A DNA stretch of 64,000 bases from Candidatus Kapaibacterium sp. GTDB taxonomy: Bacteria > Bacteroidota > Ignavibacteria > Kapaibacteriales > UBA2268. The translations under genes and the position numbers were made by a program. The notes beneath the pieces were generated by a model that was not told where the DNA came from, did no database searches, and was given only the letters and a program-made list of their open reading frames with translations. This document shows positions 9,841 to 20,211 of this stretch, piece after piece. The stretch covers positions 67,635-131,634 of the forward strand of contig CALHGZ010000004.1 in NCBI GenBank assembly GCA_938031175.1, given 5' to 3'. Each line of letters opens with the position of its first letter. Position 1 is the first letter of the stretch.

Positions 9841-11076
9841 ATGAGTGAAATAATAAACAATAAGCAAATGCGAATCGAGACTATGAAAAATCTCATCAGA
9901 CAGTTGCATACGGGAGTTGATGAAGAATCAATAAAGGAACAATTAGGCAAAATTTTACAAAGCGTTGATTATTCCGATGTATTTATAATGGAAAATCAGC
10001 TTATAGAAGAAGGAATACCAGCCGAAAGCATAAGAAAATTATGCGATGTACATACACGCGTTCTAAGGCAACATCTTGATTTGCAATTACCAACAGAAGC
10101 AATCGAAGGACATCCAATACATACACTAAGACAGGAAAATAAAGAGATTCAAAAAAGAGTTGACGAAGCAAAGACTATAATTTCGAGAGTGATGGATTTA
10201 AAAGATTCTGATATTTCCTCTTTTATGAATAAACTACACAAAATTTTCAATGATTTAACAGATATAGAAAAGCATTACTCAAAAAAAGAAAATTTAATAT
10301 TTCCATATTTCGAGAAAAAAAATTTTACTGGTCCATCGAAAGTAATGTGGGGGAAAGATGATGAAGTACGTGAATTTATGCGAAATGTGCTTGATGTTTT
10401 AAGTTCGGGTGAGCAATTAAATAAAGAAGAATTAATATTTTTTGTTAATCAGGCGGTAATTCCAGCTCTTGATGCAATTACCGAAATGATTTATAAAGAA
10501 GAAAAAATCTTCCTTCCAATGGCAAAAGAATTACTCACAGAACAAGAATGGTATGAAGTTTATCTTCAGACTGAAAATATTGGATATTGCTTGTATGTAC
10601 CATCAGTTGAGTGGCAACCTGAAGGTGGAAAACACGAAATTATTAGTGAAGTAACTAAATTGCCAGGTAAAATTAAATTACCAACTGGTTCATTTACCGT
10701 TGAAGAATTAATGAATATCTTCAATACGATGCCTTTTGATTTAACTTTTGTTGACAAGGATGATATTGTAAGATTTTTTAGCGAAGGACCTGATAGAATT
10801 TTTACTCGTACTAAAGCTATTTTGGGACGAAAAGTACAGAATTGCCATCCGCCGGATAGTGTTCATATTGTAAATAAAATAATATCTGATTTCAGAGAAG
10901 GGTATCAAAACAGAGCAAGATTTTGGATTAATTTCCATGGAAGATTTGTTTATATTGTTTATTACGCTGTCCGAGATGAGCAGGGCAATTATTTAGGTAC
11001 TCTCGAAGTTACACAAGATTTAACTGAATTACGTGAACTACAAGGTGAAAGGAGGCTATTAAGCTATGACAACTGA
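9841..11076 (+). CDS. DUF438 + hemerythrin-like + PAS domain protein
   Basis: LCDVH, GHPIHTL..EN, HYSKKENLIFP, VMWGKDDE, MIYKEE.IF.P, C-terminal PAS with GRKVQNCHPP. Confidence 0.88.
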   Translation: MSEIINNKQMRIETMKNLIRQLHTGVDEESIKEQLGKILQSVDYSDVFIMENQLIEEGIPAESIRKLCDVHTRVLRQHLDLQLPTEAIEGHPIHTLRQENKEIQKRVDEAKTIISRVMDLKDSDISSFMNKLHKIFNDLTDIEKHYSKKENLIFPYFEKKNFTGPSKVMWGKDDEVREFMRNVLDVLSSGEQLNKEELIFFVNQAVIPALDAITEMIYKEEKIFLPMAKELLTEQEWYEVYLQTENIGYCLYVPSVEWQPEGGKHEIISEVTKLPGKIKLPTGSFTVEELMNIFNTMPFDLTFVDKDDIVRFFSEGPDRIFTRTKAILGRKVQNCHPPDSVHIVNKIISDFREGYQNRARFWINFHGRFVYIVYYAVRDEQGNYLGTLEVTQDLTELRELQGERRLLSYDN

Positions 11077-11596
11077 AAAAATATCAAAAGTAATGATTAA
11101 TTCAGATACCAAACTATTCGATATACTGGAAGCATATCCTGAATTGGAGGAATATATTATGAGTTTAGCTCCTCCGTTTAAAAATTTAAAAAAGCCTATT
11201 TTAAGGAAGACCATTGGCAAATTAGCTACAATTGATAAAGTAGCTAAGATAGGAGGATTAAAAACCATTGAGCTAATAAATGATTTAAGGAATAAAGTAG
11301 GTCAGCCATTAATCGAAGATAGGCAAGAGCTTATTGATTCCAACGACACAACGTTACCGGATTGGTTAAAAGGTGATCCTGTTACAATTATAAATGGTAT
11401 TGAATTACTCGAACAGGGTATCCATCCACTAAACACTGTAAATATTGAATTATCAAAAATTAATTCTAAACAATTCATCCTTTTAATAACTAACTTTTTG
11501 CCGGTACCATTGATTGACGCAATGGAGAAAGCCGGTCATAAAGTGTTTACGGTTGAGGAGGAAAATAATATTTATAAAAATTATATCTTGAAATAA
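11066..11596 (+). CDS. DUF1858 domain protein with C-terminal DUF2249/TusA-like part
   Basis: ILEAYPELEE...F.NLK.PILRKTIGKLATI; GIHPL and NFLPVPLID motifs; overlaps the upstream gene. Confidence 0.78.
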   Translation: MTTEKISKVMINSDTKLFDILEAYPELEEYIMSLAPPFKNLKKPILRKTIGKLATIDKVAKIGGLKTIELINDLRNKVGQPLIEDRQELIDSNDTTLPDWLKGDPVTIINGIELLEQGIHPLNTVNIELSKINSKQFILLITNFLPVPLIDAMEKAGHKVFTVEEENNIYKNYILK

Positions 11597-11607
11597 AATT
11601 TATCTCT

Positions 11608-14600
11608 TTATAAGTTAAATTCTCTTGTTGGAAGTATTTTAATATTTCCTGAACCGGATACTGAATGAATTTCGGGAATATACATAGCTTCAGCACTTAT
11701 TGGTGGTAGGCGGTAGTCCCCTTGATTGACTACGCGCAGCAGGTAATTATATTCTTTACTTGTATTAGCTTTCAAGCCAGTAAATATTATTACTCTATCA
11801 TCCCTAATATCCAGGTACTCGATATTCATTTGATTGTTTTTTTGAGTAACTACTGATGAAAGTGATGTTAATCGGGGATTTTCAATTTCGAAACCAGCGG
11901 GTATTAAATCGCTTATAGCTATATTATCAACGGAACGCAAACCACTAGTTAATATTATTTTGCATAATATCAGTTGTCCTTGATAAAATATATTTTTAAT
12001 CGAGCGGCCGGTTCTGTAATCTAAATAAGTTCTACGAATATTTATAAATGAATCTTCTTCTTTGATAATAGTTCCTTTTTTTATTCCTCTTGCAGACCAA
12101 AAATAATATAATTCACCTTCGCCTTTAGTTCGGATTTGGACTTTTTTCCCGTTTAGTTTATCTTTGTTTAGTGAAATATCCTTCTCATCGCTTTTGGCTA
12201 CTACTTTCCCGTCAACCAATACTTCTACACTTATTTTACCAGTAGCTGATTTTTTTGCTGATTTACCTAATGCCATAACTGCCCAAGCGATTTCCTGGGT
12301 AGAGTGAGCTGAATTAATTAAATCCGATATATGTTTGATCAAAAATGGAATTTGTTTGTTACCGGGGTCATTATCAATTAAAACATTGAGCATCAGTGAA
12401 TTTGCTCTAAGTTCAGAATCAAAACATCCGTTACTTGTTCTCGCTGGTTTTTCCGGTGTGAATGCTGTAGGAATTATATCATAAAATGTAGCCCATTTTC
12501 CAGAATGAGCAAATGAAGCTGCTAACAAATATTTAGAATCATTTGGTAATATATTCAATCTGGCTCTGTAATAATTCATAGTTGGAATATCGCTATTACC
12601 GGCTAATGACAAAACATATAGGGAATAGAAAATTTCTTTAGCTGGAATAATCGAAATTCTTTGCTTTCCATTATCGTAATAGGTGTATGTATATTCAGTT
12701 TTTTGTTTGGCTAATTTGCTGAGATAAGCAATTAATCGGTTTAAAATTTTATCAGAAACATTAAATCCTGCTTTTTTCGCTTCGATTAAAAAATGAGCAG
12801 CATAGCAGCTTGCCCACCAATTAGATTGTAAACTTCCTTCCCAAAATGCAATACCGCCGTCGTACAATTGCATAGATTCTATTTTTTTTATGCCGTCTTT
12901 AATATAGTGCACAGGTGGATTTGTTCTGAAATTGTCAGGTGCAACGAGTTTTGCGAGCTCGGTAAAATATAACTGAGGAAAAAGTTTGGATATTGTTTGT
13001 TCAATACAGCCATAGGGGTAGCCAATAAGATTTTTGAGAAGTTTTGCATTGAGTACTGCGGGGAAACGACTCAAAACAAGTGTTTTTTCTGAATTAAACA
13101 GGAAGTCTGAACCGAATCTTATTTCTAATTCGGAATTTCCTCTGATTGTGCCGCTTCCGCTCTCTGTGATATATGGGGAAGTGGGCCTAATTGATATTTC
13201 AGTTGTGTCAGAAAATTGTCCATTACATACAATTATAATTTTGCCATTGCCAGGGAATTCGTTCGCTTTAATTTTGAAAATAGCCTGAGATGTACTATTG
13301 GGATTGATTTTTATATTTTGAAAATTTTTTGATAGTAGTTTCAAAGCTCCTTCGATTTTCATTTCAATTTTGGCACTCATTCCTTCTTTGCTCGTATTTA
13401 TAATTGTAACTGGGCAGATGAGTTCATCTCCAATTGATAAAAATCTTGGTATTTGAGGTTCGATAATTAAATCGTCAAAGACTTTTACGAAATTTTCAGC
13501 AGAGCCAAATTTTTCATTTTGATATGCAACAGCCATCAAACGTATTTCACCATTGAATTGTGGTATTGGTAAATTGAATGAAACTTTTCCGTCTTTACCT
13601 GTTTTTTTAATGCCACTCCAATAAGCAAGTAATTGAAATCTTCGAGCTGGAATAGGATTAAGGGCTTTTTTCCTGTATTCATCTAAAAAATCGCCTTCAT
13701 CGCCACCACCTGGAGATGAACTTTGTGAAATAATTTCAGGTAAAAGAAATTTATATATATCATAGGACTCGACTTTTAAGCTTCTTTTAGAGTACATAAA
13801 TTTGTATGGGTCTGGTGTTTCAAAATTTTTAATTTGTAATATTCCTTCGTCAACAGCTGATAATGTGAGAAAAATATTTTTCTCAGGCAAGGTTTCAACT
13901 GTAACGTTGAGTATTGAATTAGGTTTAATTTTTTGTGAAGAAATTATTTTAAGAGGTAATTTATTTGATGGTTTTTCAACAGATATTGAGGTAATACCGT
14001 GACCGACAAAGAATGGTGTGCTTTGTTCGGGTTTATGTTTTTTAAATAATGTTGCTGATATATAAACATTTGGCAGATACTCATCTTTAATATTTAATTG
14101 AAGTTCAGCAGAGTTATTTACAACATTGAGATATCTGTAATCATATATTCCGTTTCTTTCTATAGTAACAAGTAATTTACCAGAAAAAGGGCATGTAAAT
14201 AGAATTTTTGCTAAATCACCGGGTTTATAACTTTGTTTATCAGTTGTGATTTCGAGTTTTCCCTCTTTATTGACATTGAACGAGCTAATAGTTGATGTTG
14301 CAGAGCTATAAGCAAAAAAGTCAACTTTCTGATAATCGCTGAAATCTGGTAAAGAAGCTCTTAATTGATATTTGCCAGATTTTTCGACTGTAAATTTAAT
14401 TTCACCGATTTCGTTAATTGTAATCTCTTTATTCCATTCAATAAATTCCTTTTCTTCGGAACTATAAAAGAATCTGTCATCCCATCTTTTTCTTAGCACT
14501 GTCCTCCATTCATAACGCACGAGAGTAAGATTTATCTTTTGGAGATTTAATGGTTTGCTTTTATCATCCAAAACAATGAAATTATACTTAATAGGTTGGT

Positions 14601-17007
14601 TTGTTGAATAGTAATAACCATTTGATTTGATACCTAAAAATTTGTTTCTGGAGAAAATTTCGAATTCAATTGCTCGATTTACACTTCTACCAGTTAAATC
14701 AAATACGCTTACATAAGCTATAGCTTTTATTATTCCCGGTTCATCCCATAGCTCAGGTATCCTAAAGTTAATTTTTGATTTGCCTTCTTGGTTCAGGTAT
14801 CCGTCAAAATAGATTTCATCGTAATTTTTTTTGCTGGTCAATCCAGATGCAAAGTCGAAATCTTTGTACTTTACAGATGTAAATGGCATAACTTTGAAAA
14901 ATAAATTTATTTCATATCGTAAGCCTGCAGCTTTAGCTCCATAGAGAAATTCTGATTCGATGTCAAAATTAATTACATCACCGGTATAGTATCTGGTTTT
15001 TTCTTGTTTTAAAAATACTCTAATCCTATCAGGTATAAATTCTTCAATGCTGAATTTATAAGTACCAATAATTTTATCGTTAACTGTGTAAATTTCGAAT
15101 GTGTATTCTCCAGTTTGAGCAAAATCAGGTATATTATAGACCAATTCAAATGAACCTTGCTCATTAAGAACATGTTTGAATTCATCGACTATTTTGTTAG
15201 TTGGAGAAATGATTTTTGTCAAAATGGGTAATTCTTCAGGAATGTTAAAATTTGATTTTCTGATTATGGCTGATAGATAAACTTTATCCCCCGGTCTGTA
15301 AAGATTCCTATCTGAATAAATGAATGCAGAGTAATTTGATGACAGTTCGTTTAATCCGCTTATGTCGAATCTGGAGGTTTCTAAACGTGATTCTGTTAGA
15401 CTTAGAAAATTGAAATCATCATCTGTTTCGGCAGTAATCAATTTGAGTTCAAAATCTTGTAATTTTTCCTGTAGATCAGTAAAGTAGGCGAGGCCTGATT
15501 TATCGGTTTTGGCTGTTGCAAGAATTTGATTGTTGCTCGAAATTAAATTAATCTCAACGTTACTTAAAGGTTCAGCGTCTTTAATTGAATTGGCAAATAC
15601 GTATAAATCCCGTTCGGTTTTCTTTGCTATAAGAGCTATGTCAGAAATGGCTAATATTTTTGAATCGCTAATCCAGATGTCAGTATTTGAAAAGATATTA
15701 ATTGCATAAATACCCTTTGAGGGGAATTTGATTACACTATCGAGATTAAGTATATATTTTTCTAGCCAGTTTTGGGATGAATTTAAAGTTACATTTTTTT
15801 GGAAAATAGTTTTACCGTAGCGACTTGTATAGATATAAGGATTATAATAAAAATCATCATCCCAACCATAAGAATATTCCTCTGAATGGAGGAAAAATGC
15901 TAAGTTATTTTTATAAATTTTTGCTACTTCGATTTGGATTTCATCAACATTGACGGAATTAATTTCAATATTATGATTACCGCCGAGCATAAGATACTTC
16001 CCTTTTCTATCCACAAAGTAGACAGAAGGCTCCAAATCAGTAAGAAATACAAGAGCTTCGTAATCATTATTGAGTTTACCGCCAAAGATTCCGGTTAATC
16101 CTTTTTTTACTAAAACTTTGATGCTTTTGTCTTCAGTCATATCGCAATCGAGGTGTAAAATGTTTCCGTTTGTGTGAAATTTATAATCACGATATGGTTC
16201 TAATGCTATGAATTGACTGATTTTTGATTCATCAAAAGGTTGAGTTGATTTTATTTCTATCCACCCTGTATAACCATCAAAACCAGCAGCTACACCTGTT
16301 ATTTCCAATTCAGTAACAGGTGGTAATTCTTTGTTTATTGTTATTGTTTCTTTTAATTTGTTATTTCCAATTATTGTTGTTAATTCCTGATTAATTACAA
16401 ATTCAATTTTTTGAGATTTATTTGTTTGTTTAATTTCTTTTAATAAAATGATGATTTTTGTAGATGGTTGATTTGTAAGCACTGAGAAATTTTCAATTTC
16501 CTGATTATTAACTTTTAATTTAACATATTTAACTATGTTTTCGGGACTTACGGGATAAGTGAAGTTCATTTCAGTTTGAATATCGAGATAATAATCTTTC
16601 TCGGCAATATTTGACCAGTATATATCGAGTGATTCAAGTTCAAAATCAGGTGTTTTAAATTCAATGATTTGAAAATCTGGATAATATTCTGAGTCAAAAA
16701 GTACTTTGTCTGTAATTTTTGCTTTATAGCTTTGCATTGGAGCAAGTGCTGCATCAGGGGCAAAAATCAATACGTTACTCGAAAGCCATTTATATTGACC
16801 TGATATTGATGGCTCGAATTTTATAAATTCTTCTTTTAGCCATATACCTTGCTTATCAATTGGTGCTAATTGTTTGCTAAATTCTATTCGAAAGGTCGTT
16901 TGTGATTTTACAACTCCGCTTGGTGTAAAATCTACTATTCGAACTGAGTTCGATGTTACACAAGCAATAAAAATTATAGTAGTGAATAAGTAGAAGATAG
17001 TTCTCAT
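11608..17007 (-). CDS. yfhM: Bacterial alpha-2-macroglobulin lipoprotein (YfhM-type)
   Basis: Lipobox FIAC; YSDRNLYRPGD; thioester motif YPYGCIEQ (CxEQ at 12997-13008); DLIPAGFEIENP; AEAMY; ATG at 17007 after GGAG. Confidence 0.93.
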   Translation of the reverse strand: MRTIFYLFTTIIFIACVTSNSVRIVDFTPSGVVKSQTTFRIEFSKQLAPIDKQGIWLKEEFIKFEPSISGQYKWLSSNVLIFAPDAALAPMQSYKAKITDKVLFDSEYYPDFQIIEFKTPDFELESLDIYWSNIAEKDYYLDIQTEMNFTYPVSPENIVKYVKLKVNNQEIENFSVLTNQPSTKIIILLKEIKQTNKSQKIEFVINQELTTIIGNNKLKETITINKELPPVTELEITGVAAGFDGYTGWIEIKSTQPFDESKISQFIALEPYRDYKFHTNGNILHLDCDMTEDKSIKVLVKKGLTGIFGGKLNNDYEALVFLTDLEPSVYFVDRKGKYLMLGGNHNIEINSVNVDEIQIEVAKIYKNNLAFFLHSEEYSYGWDDDFYYNPYIYTSRYGKTIFQKNVTLNSSQNWLEKYILNLDSVIKFPSKGIYAINIFSNTDIWISDSKILAISDIALIAKKTERDLYVFANSIKDAEPLSNVEINLISSNNQILATAKTDKSGLAYFTDLQEKLQDFELKLITAETDDDFNFLSLTESRLETSRFDISGLNELSSNYSAFIYSDRNLYRPGDKVYLSAIIRKSNFNIPEELPILTKIISPTNKIVDEFKHVLNEQGSFELVYNIPDFAQTGEYTFEIYTVNDKIIGTYKFSIEEFIPDRIRVFLKQEKTRYYTGDVINFDIESEFLYGAKAAGLRYEINLFFKVMPFTSVKYKDFDFASGLTSKKNYDEIYFDGYLNQEGKSKINFRIPELWDEPGIIKAIAYVSVFDLTGRSVNRAIEFEIFSRNKFLGIKSNGYYYSTNQPIKYNFIVLDDKSKPLNLQKINLTLVRYEWRTVLRKRWDDRFFYSSEEKEFIEWNKEITINEIGEIKFTVEKSGKYQLRASLPDFSDYQKVDFFAYSSATSTISSFNVNKEGKLEITTDKQSYKPGDLAKILFTCPFSGKLLVTIERNGIYDYRYLNVVNNSAELQLNIKDEYLPNVYISATLFKKHKPEQSTPFFVGHGITSISVEKPSNKLPLKIISSQKIKPNSILNVTVETLPEKNIFLTLSAVDEGILQIKNFETPDPYKFMYSKRSLKVESYDIYKFLLPEIISQSSSPGGGDEGDFLDEYRKKALNPIPARRFQLLAYWSGIKKTGKDGKVSFNLPIPQFNGEIRLMAVAYQNEKFGSAENFVKVFDDLIIEPQIPRFLSIGDELICPVTIINTSKEGMSAKIEMKIEGALKLLSKNFQNIKINPNSTSQAIFKIKANEFPGNGKIIIVCNGQFSDTTEISIRPTSPYITESGSGTIRGNSELEIRFGSDFLFNSEKTLVLSRFPAVLNAKLLKNLIGYPYGCIEQTISKLFPQLYFTELAKLVAPDNFRTNPPVHYIKDGIKKIESMQLYDGGIAFWEGSLQSNWWASCYAAHFLIEAKKAGFNVSDKILNRLIAYLSKLAKQKTEYTYTYYDNGKQRISIIPAKEIFYSLYVLSLAGNSDIPTMNYYRARLNILPNDSKYLLAASFAHSGKWATFYDIIPTAFTPEKPARTSNGCFDSELRANSLMLNVLIDNDPGNKQIPFLIKHISDLINSAHSTQEIAWAVMALGKSAKKSATGKISVEVLVDGKVVAKSDEKDISLNKDKLNGKKVQIRTKGEGELYYFWSARGIKKGTIIKEEDSFINIRRTYLDYRTGRSIKNIFYQGQLILCKIILTSGLRSVDNIAISDLIPAGFEIENPRLTSLSSVVTQKNNQMNIEYLDIRDDRVIIFTGLKANTSKEYNYLLRVVNQGDYRLPPISAEAMYIPEIHSVSGSGNIKILPTREFNL

Positions 17008-17175
17008 TTTTAACTCCAACTAATAATAACTATTTTTGATAATGAAATTACAAAATTTCCGATATTTAGATAAAATAAAAAATAGTTTTTCGGAAAGATA
17101 AAATTTTTGTTAGCGAGATTATATATAGTGTTATTTTGATAATATTTAAGGTTTTTAAATATATTCTAATTGTTT

Positions 17176-18504
17176 TTATTTCCCGGACAAGGTTAATTCG
17201 GCAACTTTAATGGTTGGTCCGAAAATGCTACGATTTTTTTCTGGGTCATTTCCGATCATCTCAATGTTGTTAAGAATATCAGCTAAGTTCCCAGAAAATG
17301 TAATTTCCATAACTGGGAATGAAATTTCGCCCTTTTCAATCCAAAGACCAAAAGCACCACGGGATATATCACCGGTTGTTGGAACGGTTCCTTGACCGAT
17401 AGTATTGACAAGTAATAATCCTTTATCCACTGATTTTATAATCTCATCTTGTGAAAGATTTCCTTCTTTTAGATAAAAGTTAGTGGCTCCTCCAGCGTTG
17501 CCAGTTGAATTTAGGTTAAGCTTTCGGGCGCTGTATGTATCAAGAAGGTAACTATTAAGAATACCATTTTGGATGACTGTTGTTTGCCGAGATGGTACTC
17601 CTTCTGCATCAAAAGGTCTGCTTCCGGGATAGGCTATAAGAGTTGGATCATCAATCAATGTTATATTGCTGCCTGCAATTTTTTGTCCTAGTTTTCCAAC
17701 AAGGAATGATCGATTACTATAAATAGCGGATCCGTGTAAGCAAGATGCTAAAAATCCAAGCAATGATGCAGTCATTCTGGGTTCGAATACAACTGGGACT
17801 TTGCGGGATTCGATTTTTTTTGCGCCAAGCATTCTACAGACGCGGTTTATTGCTGTTTTGGCTATTATTTCATTCTCTGGTAAAAATTGGAATGATATTG
17901 CCGATTCCATGGCACCATCTTGATATTGATTTTCTCCTTCGCCGGATTGAAGCCAAACACCAGCGTTGCATCTGCTCGATTTGTTTATGCCAGAAAATCC
18001 GTTTGAATTCGTAAGATAATATTCAAATATACTTGTGGAAAAAAAAGAACCAAGAGAAAGCCGTATTCTTTTGTCAGAAGTTGCAATTTTTTCTATTTCT
18101 TTAGCTCTTATTATTTTTTTTTCTGCGGGTATTTCCTCGACTTGTGGATCGAATATTTTCAAGTCAATATAAGAGATAGTAGGTTCTTGTTTTTCAGGTA
18201 AAAGGGCATATTTGTCAGGATTTGAATAACTTGCTCTTTTTATTGTACTTTTGATCAATTGTTCAATGGTGTCTTGGCTTAAATCCGACGAGTTGGCAGT
18301 TGCCACTTTTTCATCAACTATTACTTTTAATGATAATGATGAAGAGCTTGAATTCTGTAATTTTTCAATATTTCCTTCTCTGACTTCAACAGTAAAATGT
18401 TTCGCTGCGCTAATAGCTATTTGAACTTGATTAGCACCATTTTTTTGAGCAAATTCTACTAATTTATGAGCATAATCAAGATAATTTGTTTCATAAATGT
18501 TCAT
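17176..18504 (-). CDS. pmbA: PmbA/TldE family protein
   Basis: VEVREGNIEKL, SFLVGKLGQKI, SRPFDAEGVP, STGNAGG, TGDISRGAFG; no HExxxH; 4-bp overlap with tldD. Confidence 0.92.
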   Translation of the reverse strand: MNIYETNYLDYAHKLVEFAQKNGANQVQIAISAAKHFTVEVREGNIEKLQNSSSSSLSLKVIVDEKVATANSSDLSQDTIEQLIKSTIKRASYSNPDKYALLPEKQEPTISYIDLKIFDPQVEEIPAEKKIIRAKEIEKIATSDKRIRLSLGSFFSTSIFEYYLTNSNGFSGINKSSRCNAGVWLQSGEGENQYQDGAMESAISFQFLPENEIIAKTAINRVCRMLGAKKIESRKVPVVFEPRMTASLLGFLASCLHGSAIYSNRSFLVGKLGQKIAGSNITLIDDPTLIAYPGSRPFDAEGVPSRQTTVIQNGILNSYLLDTYSARKLNLNSTGNAGGATNFYLKEGNLSQDEIIKSVDKGLLLVNTIGQGTVPTTGDISRGAFGLWIEKGEISFPVMEITFSGNLADILNNIEMIGNDPEKNRSIFGPTIKVAELTLSGK

Positions 18505-20018
18505 ACTGCACCTCCTACAGTCATTCTGTCAATTCTTAAAGTTGGAGTACCACATGTAACAGGAACGCTTTGTCCGCTTTTACCACAAGTACCAAGGAAA
18601 AATCCCATATCATTTCCTATCATAGATACTTCTTTTAAAATTTGGATATTAGTTCCGATTAATGTTGCGTTCTTAACTGGATAAGTTAATTTACCGTTTT
18701 CAATCATATAGCCGAGATTGACTGAGAAAGTAAATTTACCAGTGTCGTTAACCATACCACCTTGGTATGTAATTGCGTAGAAGCCTTTTTTTACAGACTC
18801 GATTATTTCTTCTGGGTCTTTGTCTCCTTGGGCTAAAATTGTATTATTCATTCTAGGGATGGGTGGATGCTGATATGATTCACGTCTACCGTGACCGTTT
18901 AGTTTATGATTCATTATTTTAGCTGATAATCTATCGTTTAGGTATCCGACAAGCTTGCCTTTTTCAATTAAAATAACATTTTCAGTAACTATTCCTTCGT
19001 CGTCTATATTTAGGCTACCTCTGTAACCTTCAATTGTAGCATCGTCGTAAATTGTAACTATATCATTAGCAACCATTTGATTTAATTTATCCCACATAAT
19101 AGAAGACCGTCGCCAATTTTTATCGGCTTCGAGGGGATGGCCAACAGCTTCGTGTATCATAACCCCTGACTGGTCTTTGCTCAAAACGACAATTTGTTCT
19201 CCGACAGGAGCATTTTTTGCTGTTAGCAAAGTAATTGCTTCATCTGCTGCTTTTTCGCCAATTGTCTCGGGTTTTACAATTTTTTCAAAATAATCTCTGC
19301 CAATTCTTCCACCAGCATTTGCCGAGCCTGTGTTTTTTATACCATTTTTCTCTGCTGTAGCTACAACTACAAGCCGAGCTTGTGGGCGTATGTCGAAAAC
19401 TAATTCACCATCGCTATTTGCAATGGCAACATACTGTATTTCATCTGATAATGTTGCTACTACTTTATTAATGTATTCTTTTTTGATTGCAGAATTATAA
19501 GCTCTCCTTATCAATGTTATTTTGTAATCGAGATCTGATTGAGTTAAATTGTTTTCAAGGCTATAGAAATTATTTTGGTGGTTAATTTGGTCTAAATTAG
19601 CAATTTTAATTTTAGCTTTTGGATCGCTTGCGATTGCTCCAGCAATTCTTGCAGTATTCAAAATCTGTTCAATCCGCAAATCATTGGTATGAGCGTAACC
19701 GGTTTGGATCCCATTGATTACACGGATTCCAAGCCCGAATAAAATGTTTTCGGAACTGCTTTTGATGATGTCTTCTTCTAAAGTTAATGAGCTTGAAATT
19801 TTATATTCAAAGAAAATGTCAGCAAATTCACCGCCTTTTTCAAGAGCAGTAGAGAGTATTTTTTTTATATCTTCCTTTGTTAATCCGAATTTATCGAGCA
19901 ATGAATTATTTGCTTTAGGTTGAACTTCGCTCGAAAATAATCGTGGTAAATTTGGGTTAATCATAAAGGCACCGACTCCTAATCCACAAGTTTTTAAAAA
20001 ATCACGTCTGTTTTTCAA
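18501..20018 (-). CDS. tldD: TldD metalloprotease with twin-arginine signal peptide
   Basis: HEAVGHPLEAD, DDEG, GHGRRESY..PPIPRMNNT, CGKSGQSVPV; N-terminus MKNRRDFLK; TTG start with AGGGAG SD. Confidence 0.93.
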   Translation of the reverse strand: MKNRRDFLKTCGLGVGAFMINPNLPRLFSSEVQPKANNSLLDKFGLTKEDIKKILSTALEKGGEFADIFFEYKISSSLTLEEDIIKSSSENILFGLGIRVINGIQTGYAHTNDLRIEQILNTARIAGAIASDPKAKIKIANLDQINHQNNFYSLENNLTQSDLDYKITLIRRAYNSAIKKEYINKVVATLSDEIQYVAIANSDGELVFDIRPQARLVVVATAEKNGIKNTGSANAGGRIGRDYFEKIVKPETIGEKAADEAITLLTAKNAPVGEQIVVLSKDQSGVMIHEAVGHPLEADKNWRRSSIMWDKLNQMVANDIVTIYDDATIEGYRGSLNIDDEGIVTENVILIEKGKLVGYLNDRLSAKIMNHKLNGHGRRESYQHPPIPRMNNTILAQGDKDPEEIIESVKKGFYAITYQGGMVNDTGKFTFSVNLGYMIENGKLTYPVKNATLIGTNIQILKEVSMIGNDMGFFLGTCGKSGQSVPVTCGTPTLRIDRMTVGGAV

Positions 20019-20211
20019 TTAAATTTTCTCCCTTTTATTGTTACATACTAACACAAATATAAATCTTTCAGATTAAAAAGTTGAATTGTGTATAAAATTT
20101 CTTAGATAAAAAATAAAAATTCTGATTTTATTTAAAAAGTAGTTTATTAATTAATAAAAATTATTTTTTTTTGTAAAAGATTAAAAAAGTAAAAATTAAT
20201 TGGAGTAAAAT

